A stretch of DNA of 64,000 bases, taken from assembly GCA_014905635.1 (NCBI GenBank), contig CM026547.1:682001-746000 (forward strand), read 5' to 3'. Numbering within the stretch: position 1 is the stretch's first letter; the number at the start of each line of letters is the position of its first letter. Source of the DNA: Scenedesmus sp. PABB004. Its lineage: Eukaryota. The notes below the pieces were generated by a model that was not told the DNA's origin, ran no database searches, and worked only from the letters and a program-made list of their open reading frames with translations. Position numbers and translations under genes: made by a program. Below are positions 36,158 through 48,100 of the stretch, in pieces.

Positions 36158-39100
36158 TCACGCCAGGCGGGGCGCCTTGCGCGGCGAGCCGCCGCCCGCG
36201 GGCGAGGGCGACACCGGCAGCGCCGCCGGCGCGAGCAGGACCTGCGCCACGGGCGTGGGGTCGGCGGCCGGCGGCTCGTCCGCCGCGAGCGCAAAGCGCG
36301 CGCCCTTGCCGCCCTCGGCCGCGCCAAAGATGCCAGACGGCGCCGGGGGCTCCGCCGCCGGCGGCGCGATCGCCGCGGCGTCGTCAAAGCTCGCGCGCGC
36401 CGCGCCGCGCGCCGCGCGGCGCCGCAGCAGCACGACCGCGAGCGCGCCGAGCGCGATCACCGCGACGCCCGCCGCGGCGACGCCGCCGGCGAGCGCGCCG
36501 GTCGACACGCTCACGAGCCGGCCGACGCGGTCAGTGAGCTCCGCGAGCGGGTCGCGCGGCGGCGGCGGCGCCCACACCGCCGCGGTGATGCCGCCGGCCG
36601 CGCCCGCAAAGTACGCCGCGCGCACGGCCGCGAGCGGGGGCGCGGGGTCGGCCACAAACGCCTCGACCAGGGCGGTCAGGGCGGCGAGCTGGCCGGCGCC
36701 GAGGCTGGGCTGCACGCGGACCTCGACGTCCGCGATGACCGACCCTGCGCGCAGCGCCGTGACGTGGACCACGCCCGGCCCCACGCCCAGCGCGGCCGCG
36801 ACCGCCGACGCGACGTCGGCCTCGAACGCCGCGCGCCGCGCGCCGTCCGCGACCAGGGCGGCGTGGTCCATCGGGAACGTGATGTTGATGCCCAGCACGG
36901 CGGCGGGGGTCGCGTCGCCGACGCCCTGGGCCGGCGGCGCCGGTGCGGGGCTGCTCGGCGCCGGCGGCGGCGGGGCGGGGCTCGGGCTCGCGCCCGCGCC
37001 CGCCGGGGGCGGCGCCGGGCTCGGGCTCGCGCCCCCGGCGGGCGCGGGGCTCGGGCTGGGCAGGGTGCAGTTGCTCGCGCCCGTCCCGTTGACCGGCGGC
37101 TCCGCCGTGCGGCTGATGAGGCCGACGACAAACGTGCCGGAGCGGCGCAGGAAGAGCGTTGCCACCGCGGCGGTGCCGTTGGCGGGCGACGTGACGTTGA
37201 GCAGCTCCGCGTCCGGGTCGGTGAGGCTCGGCGCCAGCGGCGCGCCGGTCGCGTCCTCGACGCGCAGCCCGACCAGGGCCGCGCCCGCGCCGTCGCCCGG
37301 CGGCGCGCGCGTGAGCGGGAGTTGCAGCACCGCGCCGCAGCCGGACGACGCGTTGGCGCACGGGAAGGCGCCGCCCTCGGTCGGCGCGCCGGCCACGGAC
37401 ACGACCACCGCGCTCGACGCGAGCTCGAGGTCGGGCAGCGGCACAGTGCCGCCGGCGTCGGTGCCGTTGCCGGCGCCGGCGGTGCGGCTCGGCATGGCCA
37501 GCGGCGTGCCGCGCTCGGTGGTGGTGTTGCTGGCGCTCGTGTTGGCGGCGGGCGCGGGCGCCGCGAGCGCGGGATCGACCAGCAGGGCCGGGTCGGCGTA
37601 GAACTGCGGCGCAGAGCGGCGCGGCGGTGAGCTGGGGGGGTCGAGCCGGGCAGAGCGCGGCGTGCGCAGGCACAGGCCCGCCCGCACACCTTCAGGACGA
37701 GGGAGACGGTGCCATCGGCGCAGCCAGCGGCGGCGCCGCCGCCGCCGCCCTCCTCGTCCGACACCTCGCACCCCCCGGCGAGCGGCTGGGCCATCGTCAG
37801 CACAGCGTTGCCGGCAGCGGCCGCGTCGGCGCCGCCGCCCGCGCCCGCGACCGGCCCTGCCGCCAGCGGCTGCTGCGCAAAGGAAGCGCCGAGCAGGTTG
37901 GCCACCGACAGGTGCAGCCCGCTCGCGCCCGTGGACAGGGCGCCGGTGGCAGGCGTGGCCGAGGCGGAGAGGAGCTCCGCAAGCGCGTCCATGGTGCTGC
38001 GCACCGCGCGCGCAGCCTCGCCGCCCGCGCCGTCGGCAGGCGTGCCCGCCTCCGCGAGCCGCCGGCGCGCAGCAAAGGGCGCGCCGAGCGCCGCGCGCAC
38101 GCTCCCCAGCCAGCCGGCGGGCGGGCGCCGCACGGCGGGCGGCCCCGCGTCGGCCAGCAGCAGGCGCTTGGCGCCGCCGCCGCCGCTGACACCACCGCCA
38201 TCGCCGGACGCCTTGGCCACCCCCGCGGCAACGGCAATGATCTGTGCGGCCTGGTCGGCGGACAGGAGCTTGCTGGAGACGCGCGCGCTGGCCACGCCCG
38301 CCTGGGCGATCGCCGCCAGGTTGGTCGCCGTGTCGGCGCTCACCGCGCCGCTCGCCGCGCTCAGCGCGGCGGCGGCGCCGACGACCTGCGCGCGCGGCGG
38401 CAGAGCGGGCGCGCGTCAGAGGGCCCGCTCCGCGGGGACGCCGCCGGGCGCTGCGGGAGGGCGGCGGCCGCGCCCGGTGCGGGCGCCCGCGCCGCGCCTG
38501 CTGCATGCTCTGGGGGTCGTCGACCAGCGCGTCGGCGCTGCCGGCGAGGGTGTTGATCAGCGCCCCGGCCTTGGCCTCGATCGCCACGACCAGCCTGGCC
38601 TGCGCCTCGGGCTCCGCCGCGGCGTCGCCGCTGCCGTTGGCCCCGCCGGCGCCGGCGGTCACGTACGCGCTGCGCCGCGGCGGCGGCGGCGGCGAGTTTT
38701 AGTACGCCAGCCGCGCCGGCGCGCGGCGGCCAGCGCGCGCGCGGCGCGCACGTGAGGCTCTGCAGCGCCGCCGCGCCGGCGGCGAGCACGCTGACGTCGT
38801 TCGTGCTGGCCATGCGCGCCACGTCAAGCTGCGTCAGCGCGTCCGACGGCGCAAAGTCGGCCGCCGGCGGCAGCACGTCCACGTCCGCGGTCTCGCAGGC
38901 CGCCGCGCCGTCGCTGTCGCTCGCGCAGACGTAGAGGGTGCTGCGGCCCTGCGGCAGGCCCGCAAAGACGTAGCTGCTCGAGCTCCCGGCAAAGAGGCTC
39001 TTCTTGCGCAAGCTCCCGGGCTCCACCAGGCCAAAGTCAAAGCTGCGCGGGGGAGGGGGGAGGGGAGAGAGCCGCAGGAGTGGGCGGGCGCTCGGGCGCG

Positions 39101-42100
39101 GCGAGCGGCGGGGCGGGGCGGCGGCACGGGCCGGCCCCGGCGGCGCGGGGCGCCAGGGAGAAGCACGCCCGCGCGGCGCGCTGCCAGCGCACCTGAGGGG
39201 CCCCTCGTCCTGGAAGGCCCCCGCCGAGGCGGTGAACGTGGCGGAGCCAAAGGTGCCGTTCGTCGCGCTCAGCTCGAGGCAGCGCGGCGGGGGCGCCGGC
39301 CCGCCGCCGCCCGGGGGCGCGGGCGCGGCCTTGCCGCACGCGGGCGGCTGGTTGAGGGGCACCGTGATGGAGGTGGACCCGGCCATGCCGTTGAGGGAGA
39401 GCGCGGCCACGATGGTGACAGACCCGGCGGCGGGGAGGTCGCCCGGCGCGAGCGTGAGCTGGGCGCCGCCGGCGGCGCCGCCCGCGAGCGCAGCGACCTG
39501 CTCCGAGTGCCACGTGACGGCGGCGGCCTCGAAGCCGGGGTCGGCCCGCAGCAGCAGGCTCAGCGGCGCGTCGGCGCCGTGCCTGGCCGCGCAGCCGCCG
39601 GCCGCCGCGCCGCCCGCGCCCGCGGCGCGGCCGCCGCACAGGCGCGACACGCGGCCGGTGGGGATGGGGAGCGCCGCGGGCCGGGGCGTGATCGTGAGCT
39701 CGGCGCTGCTCGACCGCGCGTCGCCCGGCGCGGCCTTGGTGACCGTCACGCTGAACGTGTGGCGCCGGTCGGGCTCGAGCAGCGCCGCCGGCAGCTGCCA
39801 GCGCGCGCCGCCGGCGCTGACGTCGCCGTGCGAGGCGTTGGCGAAGCAGGGCGCGGGCCAGTCGTCGCGCGTGCAGGTCCACGCAAACTGCAGCGGCGCG
39901 TTGCCGGCGGGGTCGTCCGGGTCTGCGCTGCCCGAGGCGTCCAGCGTGATGGCGCGGTCGCCCTTGACGTCGCCGGCGGGGCCCCGCAGGCGCGCGGCCA
40001 GCGGCGAGCCCACCGCGCGCAGCTCGACCTCGGCGCTCGACGACGCCTCCGCGCCCTGGAAGCGCGCGGTCAGGCGGACACGGTAGCTCCTGCCCGGCGC
40101 GGCCGGCACCGGCGGCGGCAGCACCAGGTCCTTCAGCGCCGCGGCCTTGGCGGGGATCTGGAGCGCCGGCACGCCGTCGGCGGCCACCGCCTCCCACGCG
40201 TACTCGACCTGGTGCGCGGCGGCGGGTGCGGGTGTGGCAGCGGCAGCGGCCCGACGAGGCGTCGTGCGGCGGCACGGGGGGGGGGGGGGGGGTGGTGCCT
40301 TCCAAGGCGCGCGTGTGCGAGCGCGCGCCCCGGCCGCCCGCGCGCGCACGCCACGGCCGCACCTGCTGGCCCGCGCACACCGACTTGGCCAGCAGCGCGG
40401 ACGACACGCGCAGGCCGTCAGCGATTCGGAAGTCCTGGGCCTGGCCGCCGAGGATGGACACGGCCGGCGCCTCGCCCGCGCCGCGCTTGGTCCACGCGAG
40501 CGTGGTCGTGGCGGTGCGCCCCAGGAAGCTGGTGGCCGTCAGCGAAAGCGCGTACTCGCCGTTGGGCAGCTCCAGCACCGTCCCGGGCGGGATCGCGAGC
40601 CGCGCCGCGCCGGCGGCGTTGGCCGCGTCCACGAGGCTGCCGAGCGCGGGGCTGAGCGCGCCGCCCGCCTGGGCCCACGCGAGCGACGCGAGGGGGCGGC
40701 CGGAGGGGTCGCGGGAGTAGGTGGCGTCAAAGGTGATGTCTGCCGCGCTCGCGACGTCGCACGGCTCCGACACGACCTGCGACGCGCGGCGGCGGCGGCG
40801 GCGGCAGCGGGGCGCGGGCGTGGGTGGACGGGGCGCGGCGCGGCGCGGCGCGCGAGGCCGCGCGCGGCGGCGGCGGCGCGGCGCGCGCGCCTTGGGCCCG
40901 GCGACGGTCGCGAGCGGCGGCAGGCAGGCGCGGCAGGGCGCGACGGTGGCGTTGCCCGTGAAGAAGGCGCCATCGAGCAGCTTGTCGGACAGCAGCCGCT
41001 GCGAGGTCTTGAGGCTGAGCGTGTTGCCCGGCAACAGGCTCGCGCCGGGGCCAAGCCGGACCGTCAGCACGGCGTCGGACACCTCGCACCACGCGCCGCC
41101 GCCGAGCGGGCCGGCCGCGTCAAACGCGCTCGCGCAGGGGAAGCGCGCCGCGCGCGCGGGCGCGTTGAGGTCGACCAGCACCGCGTCGCTGGCGTCGGAG
41201 AAGCGCGCGCCCGCGAGCAGGCGCACCGCCGGCAGGCACAGCCCGCTGCAGCGCGCCGTCGTGACGCCCACGCCCGGCACGCACTGCGGGCGGCGCGGGC
41301 GGGTGGGCGCGACGGCATGGGCGGGCGGGCGGCACGCAGCGCACTGCAGCCGCGGCGCGCTGCGTGCTGCACGAGCGGCTCAAGCGACGCTGCGCGGCCG
41401 CGGGCGGCGGCGCACCGTGAGGGTGAGGCACTGCGCCGAGCTCTGGCACACGAGGCCGCCAGCGCAGGTGTTGGGCAGGAACGGGTCGCAGCTCAGGACC
41501 TGGCGGGCCGCCGCTTCGAGCTGCTCCGCGGCCGCCGGCGTGGAGCAGATGTCGACGCAGCGCCCGAGCTGCTGGCACTGGTCCGTGCCGTCGGCGGCGG
41601 CGCAGGCGCAGCTCTGGACGGGCGTCGCTGTGCTGCACACCTCGGCGCGGCCCGTGCAGTCCGCGTCGCGGCGGCACAGGCCAGTGAGGTCTGCGCGCGG
41701 CGGCGCGCGCGCCGCGGGCGAGCGCGCGGGGTGAGCGCGCGGCTGCGTCTGCGGTGCGGCCGCGGCGCGGCGCGGCGGGCCTGGCGCTCCCGCAGCAGGG
41801 CGCGCGCCACTCACTCGCAGCGGCCGAGGTGCCCGGCACGGCGGCGCCGCCTGCCCAGCCCTCGACGGTGCAGAGGCTCAGGCTGCTGTTGGCGGACGCG
41901 CTGAGCTGGCACGTGGCCGGCAGGCTCGCGGGGCACCGGCCCAGGCGCGAGCAGATCAGGCCGGCGCGCTTCGCGGCGTTGCCGTTGAAGCTGCGAGAGA
42001 TGGCGCGCCGCAGCTCCGCGCAGCCCACCACGTCCTTGGCCGTCAAGTTGGCCAGGCAGGCCACCTCCATTGAGGCGGCGAGCGCGTTGGCGCTGTCGTT

Positions 42101-45100
42101 GCCGGCCGCCGCGGCGGCCGCGAGCGGCGCGACGAGGCCCACGCAGCGCTTGCACTGCTCGCACGGCGTGAGCGGCGGCGCCATGACGGGCGGCGCCGGC
42201 AGGTCGCGGCAGGTGCCCGCCATGTCGCAGACGTCGGTGCCGTCCAGGCAGCGGCAGACCTTGACCTGGGCGGCCATGCTGCAGCGCTGCCCGCCGGTGC
42301 AGTCGCCGTCCGCGGCGCACGCGCCGACCGGCAGCGCTGCGGTGCGGCGGCGGGCGCGGTTGGTGAGCGAGCGAGCCCCTGGCGCAGCGCGCAGCACCGG
42401 GCGCCGCGGCGGCGAGCGCGGCGGGCGGCCGCACACACCTGCGCCGCTGAAGGTGCCGGGCACGCTCGTGCCGTTGCCCCGCGTGCCGCTCGTGCTGCAG
42501 ACGTCCACGGAGAAGCCGCAGCCGGGCAGCGCGGGCGCACACTCCTTCAGGCGCGCGCACAGCGCGCCCGGGCGGCGACCGAGGCTGCCCGCGTACGAAG
42601 CCGCGACCGCAGCCTGCAGCTCGCGGCACGCCGTGAGGCTGTAGGTGGCGCTGCACCAGCCGTAGACGGCCTGCCCGACCTCCTTGCCAGTGGCGTTGCC
42701 AGCGAGCGCCGCGACGGCGGGCCGCGCGCCCGCCATGCAGCCGCCGCAGCGCTCACAGGGCGTGCGCTCCGGCGGCGGCGGCGGCGGCAGCGCCCGGCAC
42801 GAGCCAACGGCCTGGCAGGCGTCGACGCCGCGGCTGCAGCGGCACAGCTGCGTGGTCGTCGACATGTCGCACTCGGCCGTGGCGTTGCAGTGCTCGCGGC
42901 TCGTGCACCTTCCGGCCGGCATGCCTGCGCGGTGCGCGGCGCGCGGGCGGGCGGGTGGCGGGCCGCGTCGGCGGCGTGCGTGGCAGAAGCGCGCTGGCGC
43001 TGCCTGCGCCGAGCCTTAGGCCCAGCTGCGCCCCAGGGCGCACCCGCGGCAGTGGCGATGTCCAGCAGCTGCGCGCCGCCGGCCACGCCCTCCGCGGTGC
43101 ACTGGTCCAGCGCGCCCGAGGCGAGCCCGGGGAGTGAGAGCGTGCAGTTGGCGAGCAGCGCGGGCCGGCAGTGGCCGAGCACGCTGCACATGGTGCCCGC
43201 GCGCCGGCCAGGATAGCCGCGATAGCTGCCGCTGACGAAGCTGGCCAGCTTGGCGCAGCCCTCGCCCGTCGCGAGGCTCGCGGCGGCGCAGGCGGCCGCC
43301 GCGCGCGCCGCCACATCGGCGGGCGCCGCGGTCGCGGCTGGCAGCTCCGCCGCGACACCGCCCACGTGCGTCTGCAGCGCTGCGAGGCAGGCCTGGCACG
43401 CCGCGCAGGGCGTCGGCACGCAGGCGCCGTAGCTGACGCACGTGTCGACGCCGCCCGCGCAGGTGCAGACCTCGGTCGGCGCCGCCATGCTGCACTGCTC
43501 GTCGGCGCTCCCGCAGGCGAGCAGGCCCGGCCGGCACGCGCCGAGCGGCGGCGGCGCGCCGTCAGGCCCAATGCCGGGCAGGCGCGCGCCGCCGCTCACG
43601 CCGCTGCGGGTGCAGCCGTCCACGCCGCCGACCTCGGTGGTGTTGCTGATGCTGGAGGGCACCTCGACCCTGCGCGCGGCGCGGCGCGGTGCAGGTGTGC
43701 ACGCGCGGGCCGGCATAGGGGGTTAATGGCAACAGCCCTAAACCCTACAACATGAACCCCTGAGCCCCTGAACCCTAAACCCCCGCCCTTGGCCGCCGGC
43801 GCCGCACCTGCAGCTGAACCCGAGCGCCGCGACGTCGCAGTCCTGCAGGGCGGTGCAGATGCCCGCCGCGCGCCGCCCGAGGTTGCCGCGCGCGCTGGCG
43901 GCGACCGCGACCTGCGCGGCGTAGCACACTCGCGCCGGCCGGCGCGCGATCTGGGTGCAGTAGGAGTACAGCTTGGCCCCGAGCGCGCCCGGGTCGGGCT
44001 CCTGCGCGTCGGCGCTCGCCACAAAGCCCTGGAAGGCGGCGAGGCACCGGCCGCAGCCAAAGCAGGCCGTCTCGCGGCAGCCGCCGATGCTGCGGCAGAC
44101 GTCGGCGCCGCCGACGCAGCTGCAGAGCGGCCGCTCGGAGCGCCGGTCGCACTCGTTGCCCGGCGCGGGGCAGTCGGCGTTGGAGTCGCACGTGCTGGCG
44201 GGCAGCGCGCTCGACGGCGCCGCGACGCCCGGCAGCACCGTGCCCTGCTCCAGGCCCTCCGCGCTGCAGAGGTCGAGCGACGAGCCCGTCAGCTCCCGCG
44301 CCGGCTCGGCCAGCTTGGGCGCTGCGAGGCTGCACGGCGCGGCGGCGCCGCCGCCCACCGCCGCCGCGTCGCAGAGACCCAGGCCCTGGCACAGCTTGCC
44401 CGCGCGCTTGCCGGTGTTGCCGCTGGCCGCGATGCTGCTGGCCACCGCGTCGCAGCTGGCGTTGGCGGCCAGGCCCGCAGCGCGGCAGTACGCGCCAAAG
44501 CTGGCGGCCACCTTGACAGCATCGGTCTCAAACAGCGACCGCGAGATGAAGGGCCGCACGCCGTCCAGGCAGTCCTGGCAGACCTGAGCATCGCGTGCAC
44601 GAGGGGAGCAGGAGAGAGCGCTCAGCGGCGGTGGCAGCGGCGCGGGCAGGGCATCGGCGCAGCGCGCGCAGCGGCGTGGCGCGGCGGGCGGGCGCGCTGC
44701 GGCCCCGCGGCGCGCGGGCGCACCTTGCACGGCGTGCGCACGCAGCTGCCCCAGGCGGAGCACTCGTCCAGGCCGGTGAACGGCGAGCAGGTGCAAAGCT
44801 GGCGTGGGCCCGCCGCGACGCTGCACATCAGGTGTGTGGCGTTGCAGTCCGCACTGACCTGGCAGCCGCCGGCCGCGAGCAGCCGCGCGCGGCCGTCGCT
44901 GCCGGCCACGCCCGGCAGCGCCGCGCCGGCAGCGATGCCCTCCTGCGAGCACAGGCTGACGGCGCCCGTGGCGGTGGCGTTGGTGGCGATCAGGCGCGTG
45001 CTGATGCTGCAGTTGGCCATATCCGAGACGCAGTCTGGCAGAGAGAAAGGAGCGGGCGGGCCGGCAGGCAGGGGGCGGCGTCAGGCGGCGGCACGGCGGC

Positions 45101-48100
45101 GCCACGCAGCGCTGCACCCGTTGCGCGCGGCCCCACCTCCCAGGGCGGAGCACAGCGCGCCAGCGCGTCTCCCAAGATTGCCGCCATAGCTGGCGACGAC
45201 GGCGGCGGCGGTCTCCGCGCAGCGCGAGGCGTTGCGGCGCAGCACGTTGGTGCAGAAGGCCCAGGCCCGCCACGCGTCGCCGACGGCTGACGGCGTCGCT
45301 GCCGCACCCTGCGCAGCGACGAACGGCCCCACCGCCGCGACGCAGCTCGCGCACGTGCCGCAGGCGGTCGGGGCGCACTTGCCGTGCTCGAAGCACGTGT
45401 CGACGCCGTCGGCGCACGTGCACAGCGGCGCGGGCGACGCCATGCTGCAGCGGAACTCCCCGGCGCAGTCTGCGCTCGTCCTGCAGCGCCCTGCCGGCAG
45501 CTCCGCGCTGGCGCTCACGCCGGGCACGAGGCCCCCGGGCGCGCCCGAGGGGCTGCACAGGCTGAGCTGCGCCAGCGGCGTGGTCGCGCCGCCAAGGTCA
45601 ATCGTGCAGCTGTCGTTCGCGCCGCCGCCGGCGCCGCACTCCCCTAGCTGCCGGCACAGGGCGGCGGGGCGCTTCGCGGCGTTGCCCGCGCGGCTGGCCC
45701 TCACGGCCGTCGCGACCTGGGCGCACAGCGCCGCGGCGCGGATGCCACCAGCGGCGCACGCTCGCTCGAAGGCCTCGGCGGCAAGGCTGCTGTTGGACAC
45801 GTTGGCCTGCTGCGCGGCAAAGCCCGCCATGCTGGACATGCACCTGCGGCACAGGGGCGGCGCGGCGGGTTGGCGGCGCGCAGAGAGCGCCGGCGCAGGG
45901 GCGGTCTGCGCGCGAGCCACCCGACCCCTGTCGCAGATTGCGCGACGCGCCTGTTGCAGACGGCGCAGGGGGTGGGCGCGCACTCGCCCAGGCGCGTGCA
46001 GGCCTCGGAGCCGTCGGTGGGGTCGCAGATGCACCGCACGCGCGCCGCGCCGGCCATGCTGCACGTGAGGTCTGTGCTGTTGCAGTCCGCGGTTGAGGCA
46101 CAAAGCATGGTCGCCGCCGGCGCCGGCGGCAGGATGGCGGGCAGCGGGCTGCCGCCGGTCGTGCCGTCGGCCGTGCAGAGCGACAGCTCGCCGGCTGGCA
46201 CGAGCGCCGAAGCATTGTCGGCGCCCGCGGACGCGAGGCTGCAGCCGACAGGCAGGCCGGCGAGTGGGCACTCGCCCAGCGTGGAGCAGAGCAGGCCGGC
46301 GCGGAGCGCCACGGTCGACCTGTTGGCGACGCGCGCCTGCACCTCCTTGCACAGCGCGCTGCTGCGGCCGCTCGCGAGGCACTTGCTGCCAAAGACCAGG
46401 GCGACGGTGTCGGCGCCGGCGGTGGCGCCGGCGCCGCGCTGCGCCGCCATGGCCGCCGTCCACTCTGCTAGGCAGCTGCGACAGACCTGCGCGCGCGCCA
46501 GGCAGTGTGAGAGAGAAAAGAGTGATGTGAGAGGGAGAGAGGCAGCACTCAGCGGCACGGGTCGAGCGGCGGCGCCGGGGCCGTGCGCGGCAGCCCCCTG
46601 CACTGGTGCCCAGCACCTGCGGCACGCGCTGGCGCACCTTGCAGGGCGTGGGCTTGCAATCGTACGCGGGCGTGCAGGAGTCTGCGCCCGCCTCGCACGT
46701 GCACACGCTCTGCACGGCGGCCTGGCCCGTCGCGCACAGCAGGTCGTCAGAGCCGCAGTCGCTGGAGTTGAAGCAAAGCCCACGAGATGGTGCTGCGGGC
46801 GGGGCGCGCGTGCGTGAGCGCGCTGGCGCGCGGCGCCGCCGGGCGGGACGCAGCTGCGCGCAAGCTCGCGCGCCGCCGGCTCTCACCGCGGGTGGCACTG
46901 AAGCCCGGCAGCAGGTCGCCTCCGACCACGCCCTGGACGGAGCACAGGTCCACCGCGCCGGCGATGGCCGTGCCAGCGAGGCTGACGCCGCGCGCCGCCG
47001 GCGCAGCGCAGCTGCCGGCCCGCGAGGCGTTTGCGCCGCCAAGCGCGCATTCGCCCAGCGCGGCGCACACGCGGCCGGCGCGCAGGCCGAGCCAGCCAGA
47101 GCGCGACGCCGCCGCCGCGCCGCGCAGCGCGGCGCAGGCGGCGGGGCTGCGCCCCGAGTCGGCGCACGCGGCGCCGAGCGCGGCCCCCACGTCGGCGGCG
47201 GCGCCCGCGAGCGCGAGGCTGCGCTTGCAGGTCTCGCCAAACTCTGACACGCACGCCGCGCACGTGTCGCACGAGTACGTCAGTGCCACGCCGGCGTCGC
47301 GCGCGACCAGCACGCCGCGCTCGGCGCTCGCGACCAGGGTGTGGACCTTGGTGGAAGCCCCGCCCGCCGTGGCCAGGTCGGCGTGGGTGACACGATATGA
47401 GGCGCGGCACACGGCGCGCGCGCCGGGGGCGAGCGAGAAGGGTGGCACGAGCGCGCCGCACTGCACCGCGGCCAGGCCGGTCGGGCTCGCGACCGCCACG
47501 CCGCGCAGCGCGACGTTGCCGGCGTTCTGCAGTTGCAACTCGTAGTCCACCACGGTGCCTGCGCGTGTGGGTGTGTGGCGGCAGCGGCCGGTCAGCGAGC
47601 CGGCGGTGGTCGGCGGTCGCGGCCGCCGGGCGTGCCGCTTCCGGGTGCAGCCCCGCCTGGGCGACGCCAGCCTGCGCGCTCGCACACCACCACTCACCGG
47701 CGGCGCTGACCTCACTCGGGCTCATCGTGGCGTTTGAAGCTGCCAGCACGCGCGTGAGCACGCCCGCCAGCGACAGCTGGGCAGACGCGCTCGCGGCAGG
47801 CGCGGCAGCGCTCGCGCTCAGCGCGCCGCGCGGCGCCATGCTGACCGACGCCAGCACCTCCACGCCGCTGCTGCTGTTTGCGTCTGCAGCGTCGAATGCA
47901 GCCTGGGGCACCACCTGCTCCAGCATGCACACCGCGCGGTCGCCGGGCGCCAGCGTGGCGGCCAGCGCCGCGCACCCAGGCGCCGCCAGGATGGCGCCGC
48001 TCGCGCTCGCCAGGACCGCCCGGTCAAGGCGCACAGACCCCGTGTTGACCACCACCACGGGGCAGGTCAGCTTGCCGCCGCCGGCCGCCGGCAGGGAGCA

